Positions 17,504-25,587 of a stretch of DNA of 33,672 nucleotides are shown here, piece by piece. This stretch comes from a virus (taxonomy: Duplodnaviria; Caudoviricetes): positions 1 through 33,672 of the IMG/VR virus record IMGVR_UViG_3300007255_000004. One strand, given 5' to 3'. The notes beneath the pieces are model-generated. The model was not told where the DNA came from. It searched no databases and was given only the letters and a program-made list of their open reading frames with translations. Position numbers and translations under genes: made by a program. Every line of letters begins with the position of its first letter. The stretch's first letter is position 1.

Positions 17504-17914
17504 CTAGGTGCTAAGGGCGGTAATCGTTACCGTTTGCACTGAAGCAGCAGTAGCGCTACCGTCAGAGGTATAAACAGTAGCACCAATATCATATTGCTGG
17601 GTTGCAGCATTGGTCAGTGTTGCTCCCTGGCGCGGCGCAAAGAAGACAATATCGAATGTATAGTTATTGGTTGCGCTGTTGTTAATCAGACGAGACATCC
17701 CGATAGACGGCAAGGGCGGAAGGTACACTTCGGTGTTGCTGTTCTCTGCATTACCGCCATCCGTCTTACCGGTTCTTGCTGCCCAGAGTGAGACTTCAAT
17801 AACCTCAACCGGGGTTGCGTTGCCGTTCGTCACAGCAACGACCCCTTTGAGTTTCTGATTATTACTAATGGTCCCAGAGCCAGGAATAGTCGTAACAGCA
17901 GCCGTTATTGCCAT
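17504..17914 (-). CDS. beta-sandwich virion protein (paralog A)
   Basis: 136 aa. Shares VTN..., F..+F.AP/HG..G and YD.GA.V..SDGS pattern with two upstream genes. Confidence 0.65.
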   Translation of the reverse strand: MAITAAVTTIPGSGTISNNQKLKGVVAVTNGNATPVEVIEVSLWAARTGKTDGGNAENSNTEVYLPPLPSIGMSRLINNSATNNYTFDIVFFAPRQGATLTNAATQQYDIGATVYTSDGSATAASVQTVTITALST

Positions 17915-17925
17915 ATGACCTCAGG

Positions 17926-18465
17926 TTATGCCGAACCTTCTTCCCAAACAATTGTATACGAAAGGTTCTGAGATGCTTCAAGAGCCGCACCCATATCAAT
18001 CGTTAAGAATTGCGAGGCACTGCTCAACGTTAGGGCTTTATCTCCGTGCGTTGTAAACTCCCAACGCAAACGGTCCGGAGTCTGAGCCGTGCCCGAACCA
18101 ATATAAGCAGAACGCACAACAGCCGTTAAACTTCCTGCGGTTGGTGCTGCCGTATAATGCGTAACAACGCCTGCGGCGGCTGCATCACTCTGGTCAGATT
18201 TACCCAGCGTTGGTGTTACAGGCGTACCACCCGAAGCTGCCGTAGACCGAAGATTTAATGACATGGCTTTCACAGTCGCGGATATGGCTCCAACAAACGC
18301 CAGCTCAACATATTTTATGCGCATCTTCGTCGACGCAGCGCCCGTAAGTTGAACAATAGTCGTGGGGGCAGCACCAGGCACAATGGTAGCACTGGCCTGA
18401 TATTGGGGGTCATACAGAGGAAGATTCTGATTTGTACCGTTTGCGTCTTTAGCGAGGAAGGACAT
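17926..18465 (-). CDS. beta-rich virion protein
   Basis: 179 aa, A/T/G-rich, AAGGTG RBS, within the head-tail cluster. Confidence 0.65.
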   Translation of the reverse strand: MSFLAKDANGTNQNLPLYDPQYQASATIVPGAAPTTIVQLTGAASTKMRIKYVELAFVGAISATVKAMSLNLRSTAASGGTPVTPTLGKSDQSDAAAAGVVTHYTAAPTAGSLTAVVRSAYIGSGTAQTPDRLRWEFTTHGDKALTLSSASQFLTIDMGAALEASQNLSYTIVWEEGSA

Positions 18466-18485
18466 CTAATTCACCTTGGTTAGCT

Positions 18486-19049
18486 TTAAAATCCTGGGAT
18501 TATAAAGTTGAGATTGCCACTAAGCAGATTCGACTCAAAACGCAATTGCCCTGCTACTGGCATATTGAACGGCGATTGCGCATTCTGGAGATTCGTTACA
18601 GAGTTCTGGCTTCCGGTATAAGTGTCTTCTGGTATGACGTTGACGGTCGCTCGGTTGGAGACATTCACCGAGTTATCATCGCCGTTCACTACCGCGAAAC
18701 AATCGTAGAAATACTTTGAGCCTTGACCCGTAGTAGCAGTTCCACCAATCTGGCCATGGAAGACTTCGCCCCACGAGAAATTAATGGTAGAGTTGGCAGG
18801 AATCACGACCGAAGCATTACCAGCAGCAAATGCAGTCGGAATATTGTTTCCCGGCTGATATGCCGCGGCTGAATCTTGTGCTTGGCCGCCATTGCTGCCA
18901 GTCGTGTTTCCAACGCGAGAAACATACGGTTGAATATAATTCGCTTTGATAGACGAACCAGTATTGTTCGTAACAGATAGAACCACGTTAATCTGCTGAT
19001 TGTTAGTTACGCAAGAGTTGGTAACGCCGAGTGCGAGCGCTAGAGCCAT
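18486..19049 (-). CDS. beta-sandwich virion protein (paralog B; probable start ATG 19049)
   Basis: GAGG upstream of ATG 19049. Pattern shared with 17504..17914 and 19081..19686. Confidence 0.65.
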   Translation of the reverse strand: MALALALGVTNSCVTNNQQINVVLSVTNNTGSSIKANYIQPYVSRVGNTTGSNGGQAQDSAAAYQPGNNIPTAFAAGNASVVIPANSTINFSWGEVFHGQIGGTATTGQGSKYFYDCFAVVNGDDNSVNVSNRATVNVIPEDTYTGSQNSVTNLQNAQSPFNMPVAGQLRFESNLLSGNLNFIIPGF

Positions 19050-19080
19050 TAGAAAATCCTCGATTTTCGCGTGGTATCCA

Positions 19081-19686
19081 TTATTGGTATCCTCCTGACG
19101 TTGTCGGAGTGCTAGAGAAGTGAGCCGGGGCGGTTGACACAATAAGGCCATTGTTAAAGCCGAAGACAATTCCACCTGTCCCCGGACTGGCCATGACTAC
19201 GGATTCTGCTATGGTCGTAGCCTGGAGATAACTCCCATCAGAACCAGCGACCCATGCGCCTACAGTTAGTATTTGTGTCTGCGGATTTACTAAAGAGGCA
19301 GTTCCTGAAGCAGATGATGTTCCAGTAGTTGAACTGCCCTGGCCGCCGACTTGGGGAGCATGGGGAATGATTTCGAAGTTGAAGTACAGATTGCCGTTGG
19401 CACCGCTTGCAACAGCTGGGACTGAGATAGTTTGTCCTGGTCCTAGATTTGGTTTACCGATGCTACAAGCTACAGGCTGTTGCCCGCCGTCAGGACTGGC
19501 CACATAAACATAAGGGTCAATCGCCGTGACGTTCACTATGCTAGCGGACGGATTCGCGACCTGCACCGAGCAGAAGACCCTCGGCATCTGCTGATTCGCG
19601 GTTGGTGAGACGTTACCAGACGAACCAATACCTAGCTGGTTCTTATCTGTCGACATCGTCAGATTTGCGAGAAGCGCGCCGGCCAC
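19081..19686 (-). CDS. beta-sandwich virion protein (paralog C)
   Basis: GTG start with GAGG RBS. VANPS..VNVTAIDPYV, FNFEIIPHAPQVGG, VGAWVAGSDGS. Confidence 0.65.
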   Translation of the reverse strand: MAGALLANLTMSTDKNQLGIGSSGNVSPTANQQMPRVFCSVQVANPSASIVNVTAIDPYVYVASPDGGQQPVACSIGKPNLGPGQTISVPAVASGANGNLYFNFEIIPHAPQVGGQGSSTTGTSSASGTASLVNPQTQILTVGAWVAGSDGSYLQATTIAESVVMASPGTGGIVFGFNNGLIVSTAPAHFSSTPTTSGGYQ

Positions 19687-19717
19687 TAGGAAACCTCTGG
19701 TTTACGCGTGCTTTGCA

Positions 19718-20152
19718 CTAGAAGCTCGTAGAGTTGGAGAGAACGATTTCTAGAATCACGATTTCACCGCTTGCTGGGTCTGTCGCTACGCTGGAGGTAT
19801 TCAAAAACGTCAGACTACACTTTGGCGTTGTCGTGCTGGCCAAGTTCGTATCTGGGGTTTGAACAACTACAAACGGGGCTGCTGACGCAGAAGCGTTCTC
19901 AAAAGTATAGTTCAAACTCAAGAAGCGGTTGTAGCTGTCTTGTAGAACTACATCAAAGACACCAGTACCGGTTCGCGTTATGGTTTTAACGCCTTTAAAT
20001 CCCGTTGCACTAGCTGCAGAATAAGACCGGGCCGCCGGGTCCCACTTCTGAAGAGTAGGAGCGCCAGCGGCACCGAATTTAACAACGGCGAAAAGAGTTA
20101 CAACGTTTTTTTCGAGAGACTGGTCAAGCTGAAAAAAGAACCGATTTGCCAT
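19718..20152 (-). CDS. putative capsid decoration/cement protein
   Basis: 144 aa immediately after the major capsid gene. GVKTITRTGTGVFDVVLQD beta motif. Confidence 0.55.
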   Translation of the reverse strand: MANRFFFQLDQSLEKNVVTLFAVVKFGAAGAPTLQKWDPAARSYSAASATGFKGVKTITRTGTGVFDVVLQDSYNRFLSLNYTFENASASAAPFVVVQTPDTNLASTTTPKCSLTFLNTSSVATDPASGEIVILEIVLSNSTSF

Positions 20153-20194
20153 ACATCCTCGGTGAGGCCACTCACCACGTCTACGACGAGGGTA
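20153..20194 (-). promoter_or_regulatory. structured intergenic RNA sequestering the RBS of the gene after the capsid gene
   Basis: mRNA CCUC...GAGG outer stem enclosing the GGUGAG-UGGC-CUCACC and GUC-GUA-GAC hairpins. Confidence 0.5.
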
Positions 20195-21421
20195 CTAAAC
20201 AGCGAAGTCAACGTTACAGTTCCAGCCTGGTGCACGGCACTCAAGGTTTGCGTAGTACGCGCACCGGAGTTCCGCTGCATCCTGATTGTAGACACGGAGC
20301 ATCTCAAGACCGTCCAAGTACCGAACGATATGAGGCGCCTCGTTCAGCGAGTCTAGACGCCACGTATTCATCTGAAGCATCCAGCCCTTCGCGACCTGAG
20401 AAGACCGGTCTGGGAAGACTTTGATGGTCGTATTAGCGCCGTTGACCTCAATGCCTCTGAAGGCAATCTCAGCGGGGCCTTTCACTCCGACGTACTGAAT
20501 CTTTGCGCCCAAAGACTTTTCAAGAGCTCCGAAACTAGCGAAGGGCATAATCACATGGTCCGGCTTTCCACCTTCTCGGGCGGTCAGCATCGAGGCGTCA
20601 ATCAAAGCCTCTTCCAAAGACTGGGACGCGCCATTGTAATAAACACCGGCGAGGCGGATACGGTCTGCGGAGCGGTTTACGCCGTAGAAGTTATCCGTTG
20701 AGCTAGGCGCCGTAGTAGGCAACCAAGCAGATAGACCCGAGATAGTGTTGTTATTATCACCCTGAACCAGCAGAAAGTCGTTCGCGGTCCAGCCAGTTGG
20801 CGTACCAGCACTTCCGCCAAGTGCTGTCGCTGAGACTGTCACCGTGCCGGCCTGACGGTCAACTGCCGTCACATAACCCAGAGCAGCGCGTGGAGAAGCT
20901 CCGCCGTCGGTCGCATTGGCTTGAAGCGTCATATTGACTTCAAACTGAACAACATCTGCGACGTTAACAAGTGTAATCACGCCTGAGGTGATGGAAGAAA
21001 TCTGACCTCTAGAACCAGAGCCACTTCGGAATATTTGTGCAGCGAGGTTGAGGGTAATGGCTCTGATGGCTCCATCGATTACGACTTTGGAACCTTCGAT
21101 GAAGGCCATCTTGTCAGTCTTGCTGGCGAGCAGCGTTTGGTTATCAATCGTCGCAATTGAGTAGTCAGTCTTCCTGGTCAGCAAGAATGACTGAATCTGA
21201 ACTGGCGCCTGGTTACCGAGCGCGTTACTAAAAGTCGCGCTTCGGCCCTGAGACACGCCAGTGATGATAGGAACGGGAAGATACTTGCCGCCGAATTCCG
21301 TAAACTTGGGAACCATTGCCAAGAACGGGTTATCAGCGTAGACCAAGTTCTCAACTACTTGGCCATCATACAATTCTTTTAGAGCCGCGTTTGCAGCTGT
21401 AAGGTCAAAATAAGCACCCAA
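20195..21421 (-). CDS. major capsid protein (probable start TTG 21421, 408 aa)
   Basis: Follows the scaffold gene. AALKELY...VENLVYADNPFLAMVPK N-terminus, FYGVNRS, YANLECRAPGWN C-terminus. Size fits an HK97 fold. GAGG 5 nt before TTG. Confidence 0.85.
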   Translation of the reverse strand: MGAYFDLTAANAALKELYDGQVVENLVYADNPFLAMVPKFTEFGGKYLPVPIITGVSQGRSATFSNALGNQAPVQIQSFLLTRKTDYSIATIDNQTLLASKTDKMAFIEGSKVVIDGAIRAITLNLAAQIFRSGSGSRGQISSITSGVITLVNVADVVQFEVNMTLQANATDGGASPRAALGYVTAVDRQAGTVTVSATALGGSAGTPTGWTANDFLLVQGDNNNTISGLSAWLPTTAPSSTDNFYGVNRSADRIRLAGVYYNGASQSLEEALIDASMLTAREGGKPDHVIMPFASFGALEKSLGAKIQYVGVKGPAEIAFRGIEVNGANTTIKVFPDRSSQVAKGWMLQMNTWRLDSLNEAPHIVRYLDGLEMLRVYNQDAAELRCAYYANLECRAPGWNCNVDFAV

Positions 21422-21489
21422 GGGAGCCTCTAATACCAAGAGACGGCTGTGCCGCTCTTAGGAGAAAGAAAAGTTAGATTGAGTCCCGA

Positions 21490-22455
21490 CTAGGAGTGTC
21501 TGTCGAGGGCAGCTTTGGCTCGCTCAATGCGCTCTTTTTCTGTTCTTGGAGCGTTCATCATTGATGGCGTGCTAGCTGTCATATCATTGGACAATGTACG
21601 TCTCTGCTGCTGTCCAACATCCTGCTTCTCTTCCTTCGGCTTCTGATTGCGTGCTGCCCACTTCTTTGTGGCTATACTTCTCTCGACGGCTTGCTCTAGA
21701 TAAGATTCAACTTGGTCTGCTGCTTCTTTAGGAGACATGACTTTGCCGGTTTTTTGGAAGTATGCCTCGATGGTCTGCGCTACTAATCCATGGCCGTTGT
21801 GTAAGTTGGTTAATTCGTAGGTCTCCGGATTAGCAGTAACAAACTCCGAGACTTCTTCGTTGAACTCCTGGATAGCAGCACGCTGCTCTCGTACAACCGC
21901 CTGACGTTCTGCTGCCACGGCCCGCTGTTGCTGTATTCTCTGCTGAGCCTGAAAACGTCTCAGTTCATCCTGGAGTGCCTTAACTTGCATATCGGCGGCT
22001 GGTTTACCATCATTCAAAACAGCCTGCGTCAGGTCGTCATATGACACACCGACTTGTTTAAGGGCCTCAAGCGGCTTTGACTTAATCTGCGACATAAAAG
22101 AACGGGCACGTTGAGTCACCACCGCTTCTTGACGCATGCGGTCGGCTTCAATACGCATAGCCCGCTGGCGCTGGACCAGTTCTCGTTCTTTTCGTGCTAG
22201 TTGTGCGAACCGTACTCGTTCTTGTTCCTGCTCCTGCGTTAGCTTCGGTGCTTCGGTTTTTGGTGCTTCAGTTCCACCAGCAGGTGCTGGCGTCTTGACC
22301 GCTTCAGCCACTGCCGCAGTTTTCGCCGCTGCATCAGCCGCAGTTTTCGCCGCTGCATCAGCCGCAGTTTTCGCCGCTGCATCAGCCGCCAACGAATCTT
22401 TAGTAGCAATGGGAGCAACTGCGCCTTGAGAGGGATTAAGCGTTACTTCTGTCAT
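21490..22455 (-). CDS. capsid scaffolding protein
   Basis: Between portal and capsid genes. Low-complexity N-terminus, coiled coil, C-terminal TLSNDM...ERIERAKAAL. Confidence 0.75.
   Translation of the reverse strand: MTEVTLNPSQGAVAPIATKDSLAADAAAKTAADAAAKTAADAAAKTAAVAEAVKTPAPAGGTEAPKTEAPKLTQEQEQERVRFAQLARKERELVQRQRAMRIEADRMRQEAVVTQRARSFMSQIKSKPLEALKQVGVSYDDLTQAVLNDGKPAADMQVKALQDELRRFQAQQRIQQQRAVAAERQAVVREQRAAIQEFNEEVSEFVTANPETYELTNLHNGHGLVAQTIEAYFQKTGKVMSPKEAADQVESYLEQAVERSIATKKWAARNQKPKEEKQDVGQQQRRTLSNDMTASTPSMMNAPRTEKERIERAKAALDRHS
22313..22389. repeat. 3.2 x 24-bp tandem repeat (DAAAKTAA)n in scaffold
   Basis: GCCGCAGTTTTCGCCGCTGCATCA x3 plus a partial copy. Confidence 0.95.
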
Positions 22456-22499
22456 TTCAAAATCTTCCTTAATTGCTGTATGAAGAAATGGATTTTCAT
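22452..22499 (-). CDS. 15-aa bridging mini-ORF MKIHFFIQQLRKILK
   Basis: AGGAG RBS. TAATG overlap with the upstream ORF and ATGA overlap with the scaffold start. Not in the ORF track. Confidence 0.4.
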   Translation of the reverse strand: MKIHFFIQQLRKILK

Positions 22500-22678
22500 T
22501 ATCTTGACTCCTGGTATTTCTCTCGTTCAGACATCATTGCTGCTGCAACTTTGTAAGCCCGTTGTGCAATCGCCTCAATCTTGTCAAGGCTGATATCTTC
22601 GCGGGTAATAATGCTCTGCATCGCTTGCATAGCAAAGTTATCGAAAAGCATTTGAGCGCTGTAATGTGTAACTATCAT
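22499..22678 (-). CDS. 59-aa phage protein of the 'D.FA..AMQ...A..AY..A.AM..ER' type
   Basis: MIVTHYSAQMLFDNFAMQAMQSIITREDISLDKIEAIAQRAYKVAAAMMSEREKYQESR. ATG overlaps the portal stop (ATGA). Below the ORF-track cutoff. Confidence 0.75.
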   Translation of the reverse strand: MIVTHYSAQMLFDNFAMQAMQSIITREDISLDKIEAIAQRAYKVAAAMMSEREKYQESR

Positions 22679-24672
22679 CGCGTACGTAGCACTATTGTGG
22701 ACCTGCGGCCTGGCACGTTCGGTACTGCGCCTGGCACGTTCGGTACTGCGCCTGGCACGTTCGGTACTGCGCCTGGCACGTTCGGTACTGCGCCTGGTAC
22801 GTTCGGTACTAAATCGCTAGGCTTCGGTGCAACGGGTGGCGCCTGCGGCGAAGCACCGGCTCCAGGAACAGCGCCTTGGGGCGGAGGAGGCGGCATTGCT
22901 GCCTGTTTAAGGTCATCTATCTGCTGCATGAATTGCCGCAGCATGTCTAGCCGCTCTGGCTCAAGTCCCTGATTCTTACCAAAGGAGTAATATTCTAAAG
23001 CCATTTCTTGAGCGAGTTGAAGATTGTCATAGGGTTCTGGGGCGGTATACTCGCCATCGTCTACAATCTTGTCTAGGACATTTGATAGATACTCTTCTGA
23101 AGCATTGGCAAGCCCTTCGTCTTTTTCAAGGTCTGGAAAGTCCAGAAGCTTCCTCGCCTGTCGTGGATTAAGGTAGCCAGCCTGCGCATATTCTTGAACC
23201 GTTTGTAAACGGCCTTCCGGGTCGTTTGGCAGACTAGAGATTGGAAAGCACTGCATCGTGAATTCATCTTCTTCCAGGTCAATATCTGCCCATTCAATAG
23301 TTTGTAGAAAGGATTTACCCGGAACTTTTACGGCGTACTCGCCATAGTCTTTATCTTCGCTGATATCTTTAGCACAGTTTATAGACAGCTTCGCCAACTC
23401 TAGGAAGAACTTATTATACTCTTGTCCGATGACTTGGAATCGGTCTGATTCAATATTCTCGAACGTCCGAAGCGCTTTCCCAGAGTTCAGACCCATCGGC
23501 TTTTCCCCGGCGACTGATAGTTCTGAGACTGCGCCGGTGTCGTATCCGCGTTTGATTAACGTTTCGAGGTGCGTATAGATTTCTGGCTGGACGATGGGCG
23601 CGAGTAGATACTCGGGTTTTTCGTCGGAGGAGATGATTGAACCGATATCGTTATTGAGGTGTTCTTTGGAAACCTTAGAACCGTTCTTGAGCCATATCCG
23701 GAATGTGCCAGCGAGATGCATACTCCTTTGGATGACCCATAGCAGCTTATTGATTTCAACTTGGACGTTTTGTAACTGCTCAGCCAGTCCTTGAGACCAG
23801 TAACCGTAAAGCCGGGGAGACCAGCGGAATCGAGCAAAAGGAAAGTAATCGTGTCCATAATCTTCCATGGGTGTTAAATTGGCACCATCGACGGTAATAA
23901 TGTGTTTGCCATCGTTTGCATCGGGTCCTGACGGAAGATGCCACGACTCGCGAACGGTAATCATGTCTGCGACGTTTGGAAGATAGCCTTTGTCGTCTTG
24001 CTTGGCCGGGTTGATGTTTTCTAAGGCTGCTTTGTATCCAGGATAGATTGCCTCCAAAACTCTCCGGTCAACCTGCATGACCCGATGCATTTGGCGGGGT
24101 CGGCCATACCAGCCTTCGATTTCATCTACGAATAACTCGGATGGTATTACCCGTTCGTAACAAATACGACCGTGTCGCGCAAAAACATGTATAATACCGT
24201 CTCCAAAAATACAGCCATCACGGAATATTTCAGGACCATAGTCATAGGCTTTGTTCTCATAGAAGATGCCTTCGACGAACTTGTTTAGCTTCTTGGCTTT
24301 CCTCTGGACGCAGTAATCACCGCCCGAAGTCAGGAAGTATGGCTTTGGTTTGTTCTTAGCCATTTTCGACGTAACAGTGTCTGTAACCGTTTGGACGATA
24401 TTATAGGTGACACGGTCACGCATTCCTGATTGTACGCTTGCCAACTTTGAGTAGTTAATACCCGAAAGCCCAAGAAGTGCAAGATTGCCGTATAAACGCG
24501 AACTGATAACATGCTGAGTCACCCGTGCAGCTTGATGCTGTTGGAGATAAGAAAGAATGCCGGAGATAGAATCAGCAGCTTCTTTCGCTGATAGTTTCCA
24601 CCACTGAAGTTGCTTGCGAGTCGCTTCTGCTTGGGGACCAGAGCTGAAACTACGAAAGTCTATATTAGCCAC
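22675..24672 (-). CDS. portal protein
   Basis: 665 aa between terminase and scaffold. YNIVQTVTDTVTSKMAKNKPKP, YFPFARFRW...YWSQGLAEQL...Q.EINKL, GLNSGKALR, Pro-rich tail. Confidence 0.85.
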   Translation of the reverse strand: MANIDFRSFSSGPQAEATRKQLQWWKLSAKEAADSISGILSYLQQHQAARVTQHVISSRLYGNLALLGLSGINYSKLASVQSGMRDRVTYNIVQTVTDTVTSKMAKNKPKPYFLTSGGDYCVQRKAKKLNKFVEGIFYENKAYDYGPEIFRDGCIFGDGIIHVFARHGRICYERVIPSELFVDEIEGWYGRPRQMHRVMQVDRRVLEAIYPGYKAALENINPAKQDDKGYLPNVADMITVRESWHLPSGPDANDGKHIITVDGANLTPMEDYGHDYFPFARFRWSPRLYGYWSQGLAEQLQNVQVEINKLLWVIQRSMHLAGTFRIWLKNGSKVSKEHLNNDIGSIISSDEKPEYLLAPIVQPEIYTHLETLIKRGYDTGAVSELSVAGEKPMGLNSGKALRTFENIESDRFQVIGQEYNKFFLELAKLSINCAKDISEDKDYGEYAVKVPGKSFLQTIEWADIDLEEDEFTMQCFPISSLPNDPEGRLQTVQEYAQAGYLNPRQARKLLDFPDLEKDEGLANASEEYLSNVLDKIVDDGEYTAPEPYDNLQLAQEMALEYYSFGKNQGLEPERLDMLRQFMQQIDDLKQAAMPPPPPQGAVPGAGASPQAPPVAPKPSDLVPNVPGAVPNVPGAVPNVPGAVPNVPGAVPNVPGRRSTIVLRTR
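22708..22810. repeat. about 5 x 21-bp tandem repeat (VPNVPGA)n at the portal C-terminus
   Basis: GCCTGGCACGTTCGGTACTGC x4 plus a partial copy with one synonymous change. Confidence 0.95.
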
Positions 24673-24674
24673 GA

Positions 24675-24914
24675 CTACTCATTACTTGGTTCTGGAAGGT
24701 CCGGGGATGACCAGAAGAGCATTGCTTCCTCTGGCATCGGCTTTGTTTCGAAGGGATTCACAATGGTACTAGACTTCGTGACAGTATAGCCCGAAGGATT
24801 AAACGCCGTCTCAGACATTTCGATTTCGACTAAATCCATATGTCCTGGCAATTGACCCCGATATCGTTTGACTTTGTGTTTCGTCATTGTTTCTATCAAT
24901 TCAATGAGAGTCAT
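24675..24914 (-). CDS. hypothetical protein upstream of portal
   Basis: About 79 aa, ends EEAMLFWSS.., fills the gap before the portal start. Confidence 0.6.
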   Translation of the reverse strand: MTLIELIETMTKHKVKRYRGQLPGHMDLVEIEMSETAFNPSGYTVTKSSTIVNPFETKPMPEEAMLFWSSPDLPEPSNE

Positions 24915-25007
24915 GGCCAAAGATTCTTTCCCAACCGTCGAGAGTCATGGCCAAAGATTCTTTCCCAACCGTCGAGAGTCATGGCCAAAGATTCTTTCCC
25001 AACCGTC
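24906..25007. repeat. 3 x 34-bp perfect tandem repeat across a gene junction
   Basis: GAGAGTCATGGCCAAAGATTCTTTCCCAACCGTC x3. Confidence 0.97.
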
Positions 25008-25133
25008 TCTATATGCGTCCGTCGTTCCTTTAGGACCGTCTGAGAGAAACTGTCGCATCAGCTTTTCTTTCTTTCGCAGTTCCGTATTCGTGAACCGGTC
25101 ATGAATCTCATTGCCTTTATCACTGGGGCGCAT
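24945..25133 (-). CDS. small hypothetical phage protein (AYRDGWERIFG motif)
   Basis: 62 aa. Start overlaps the upstream gene end. C-terminus altered by the 34-bp repeat. Confidence 0.55.
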   Translation of the reverse strand: MRPSDKGNEIHDRFTNTELRKKEKLMRQFLSDGPKGTTDAYRDGWERIFGHDSRRLGKNLWP

Positions 25134-25587
25134 TGAGAATCTCTTTTTTGGCCTGAGCCGGCGTGATTGCTTTGTTATAGAGACTGCTAGAAAGCCTACC
25201 GGCGATATGTCGAAGAGCTTGAAACCGTACTTCGCGGTCTTGCGTCAATTCACAAATCTTTTGATACTCCGCACGATGTCCAATGATTTCCTCGAAGAGG
25301 TAGAAATCAGGGCCGTTCATATATTTCTTCCACCAACCTGCAGCATCTTCTCCTTGTCTTTGGCTGTGGGCCTCTTCATGCGCTAAAAGCGGTTTTGAAA
25401 CTACGCCTCCCGACGGATTGTAGAGAGTCTTTCCGTAAGTAAACACGACCCCTTTGGCGGTCGCATTTGGGAAGACCTTAACAATGTCGTCGAAGTTAGG
25501 CGGCAAGCCTTGTACAATCTTCAGGAAGTTAGGCGGCAAGCCTTGTACAATCTTCAGGGCCCTAGGCCCGCTGTCCTTTAGACTCAT
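25120..25587 (-). CDS. HExxH putative zinc metallopeptidase
   Basis: VFTYGKTLYNP...LLAHEEAHSQRQ...W..Y....FYLFEE. ATGA overlap with terminase. Confidence 0.65.
   Translation of the reverse strand: MSLKDSGPRALKIVQGLPPNFLKIVQGLPPNFDDIVKVFPNATAKGVVFTYGKTLYNPSGGVVSKPLLAHEEAHSQRQGEDAAGWWKKYMNGPDFYLFEEIIGHRAEYQKICELTQDREVRFQALRHIAGRLSSSLYNKAITPAQAKKEILNAPQ
25492..25557. repeat. 2 x 33-bp perfect tandem duplication (LKIVQGLPPNF x2)
   Basis: GAAGTTAGGCGGCAAGCCTTGTACAATCTTCAG x2. Confidence 0.95.

Noticed and set aside
1563-21492. Genome-wide TAG recoding (suggested by in-frame TAGs in array 2 and after the capsid gene)
   Set aside because: Many genes end at TAG right before the next gene (21490, 19718, 17504, 16773, 6674) and coding density is already high under the standard code. 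No suppressor tRNA was seen.
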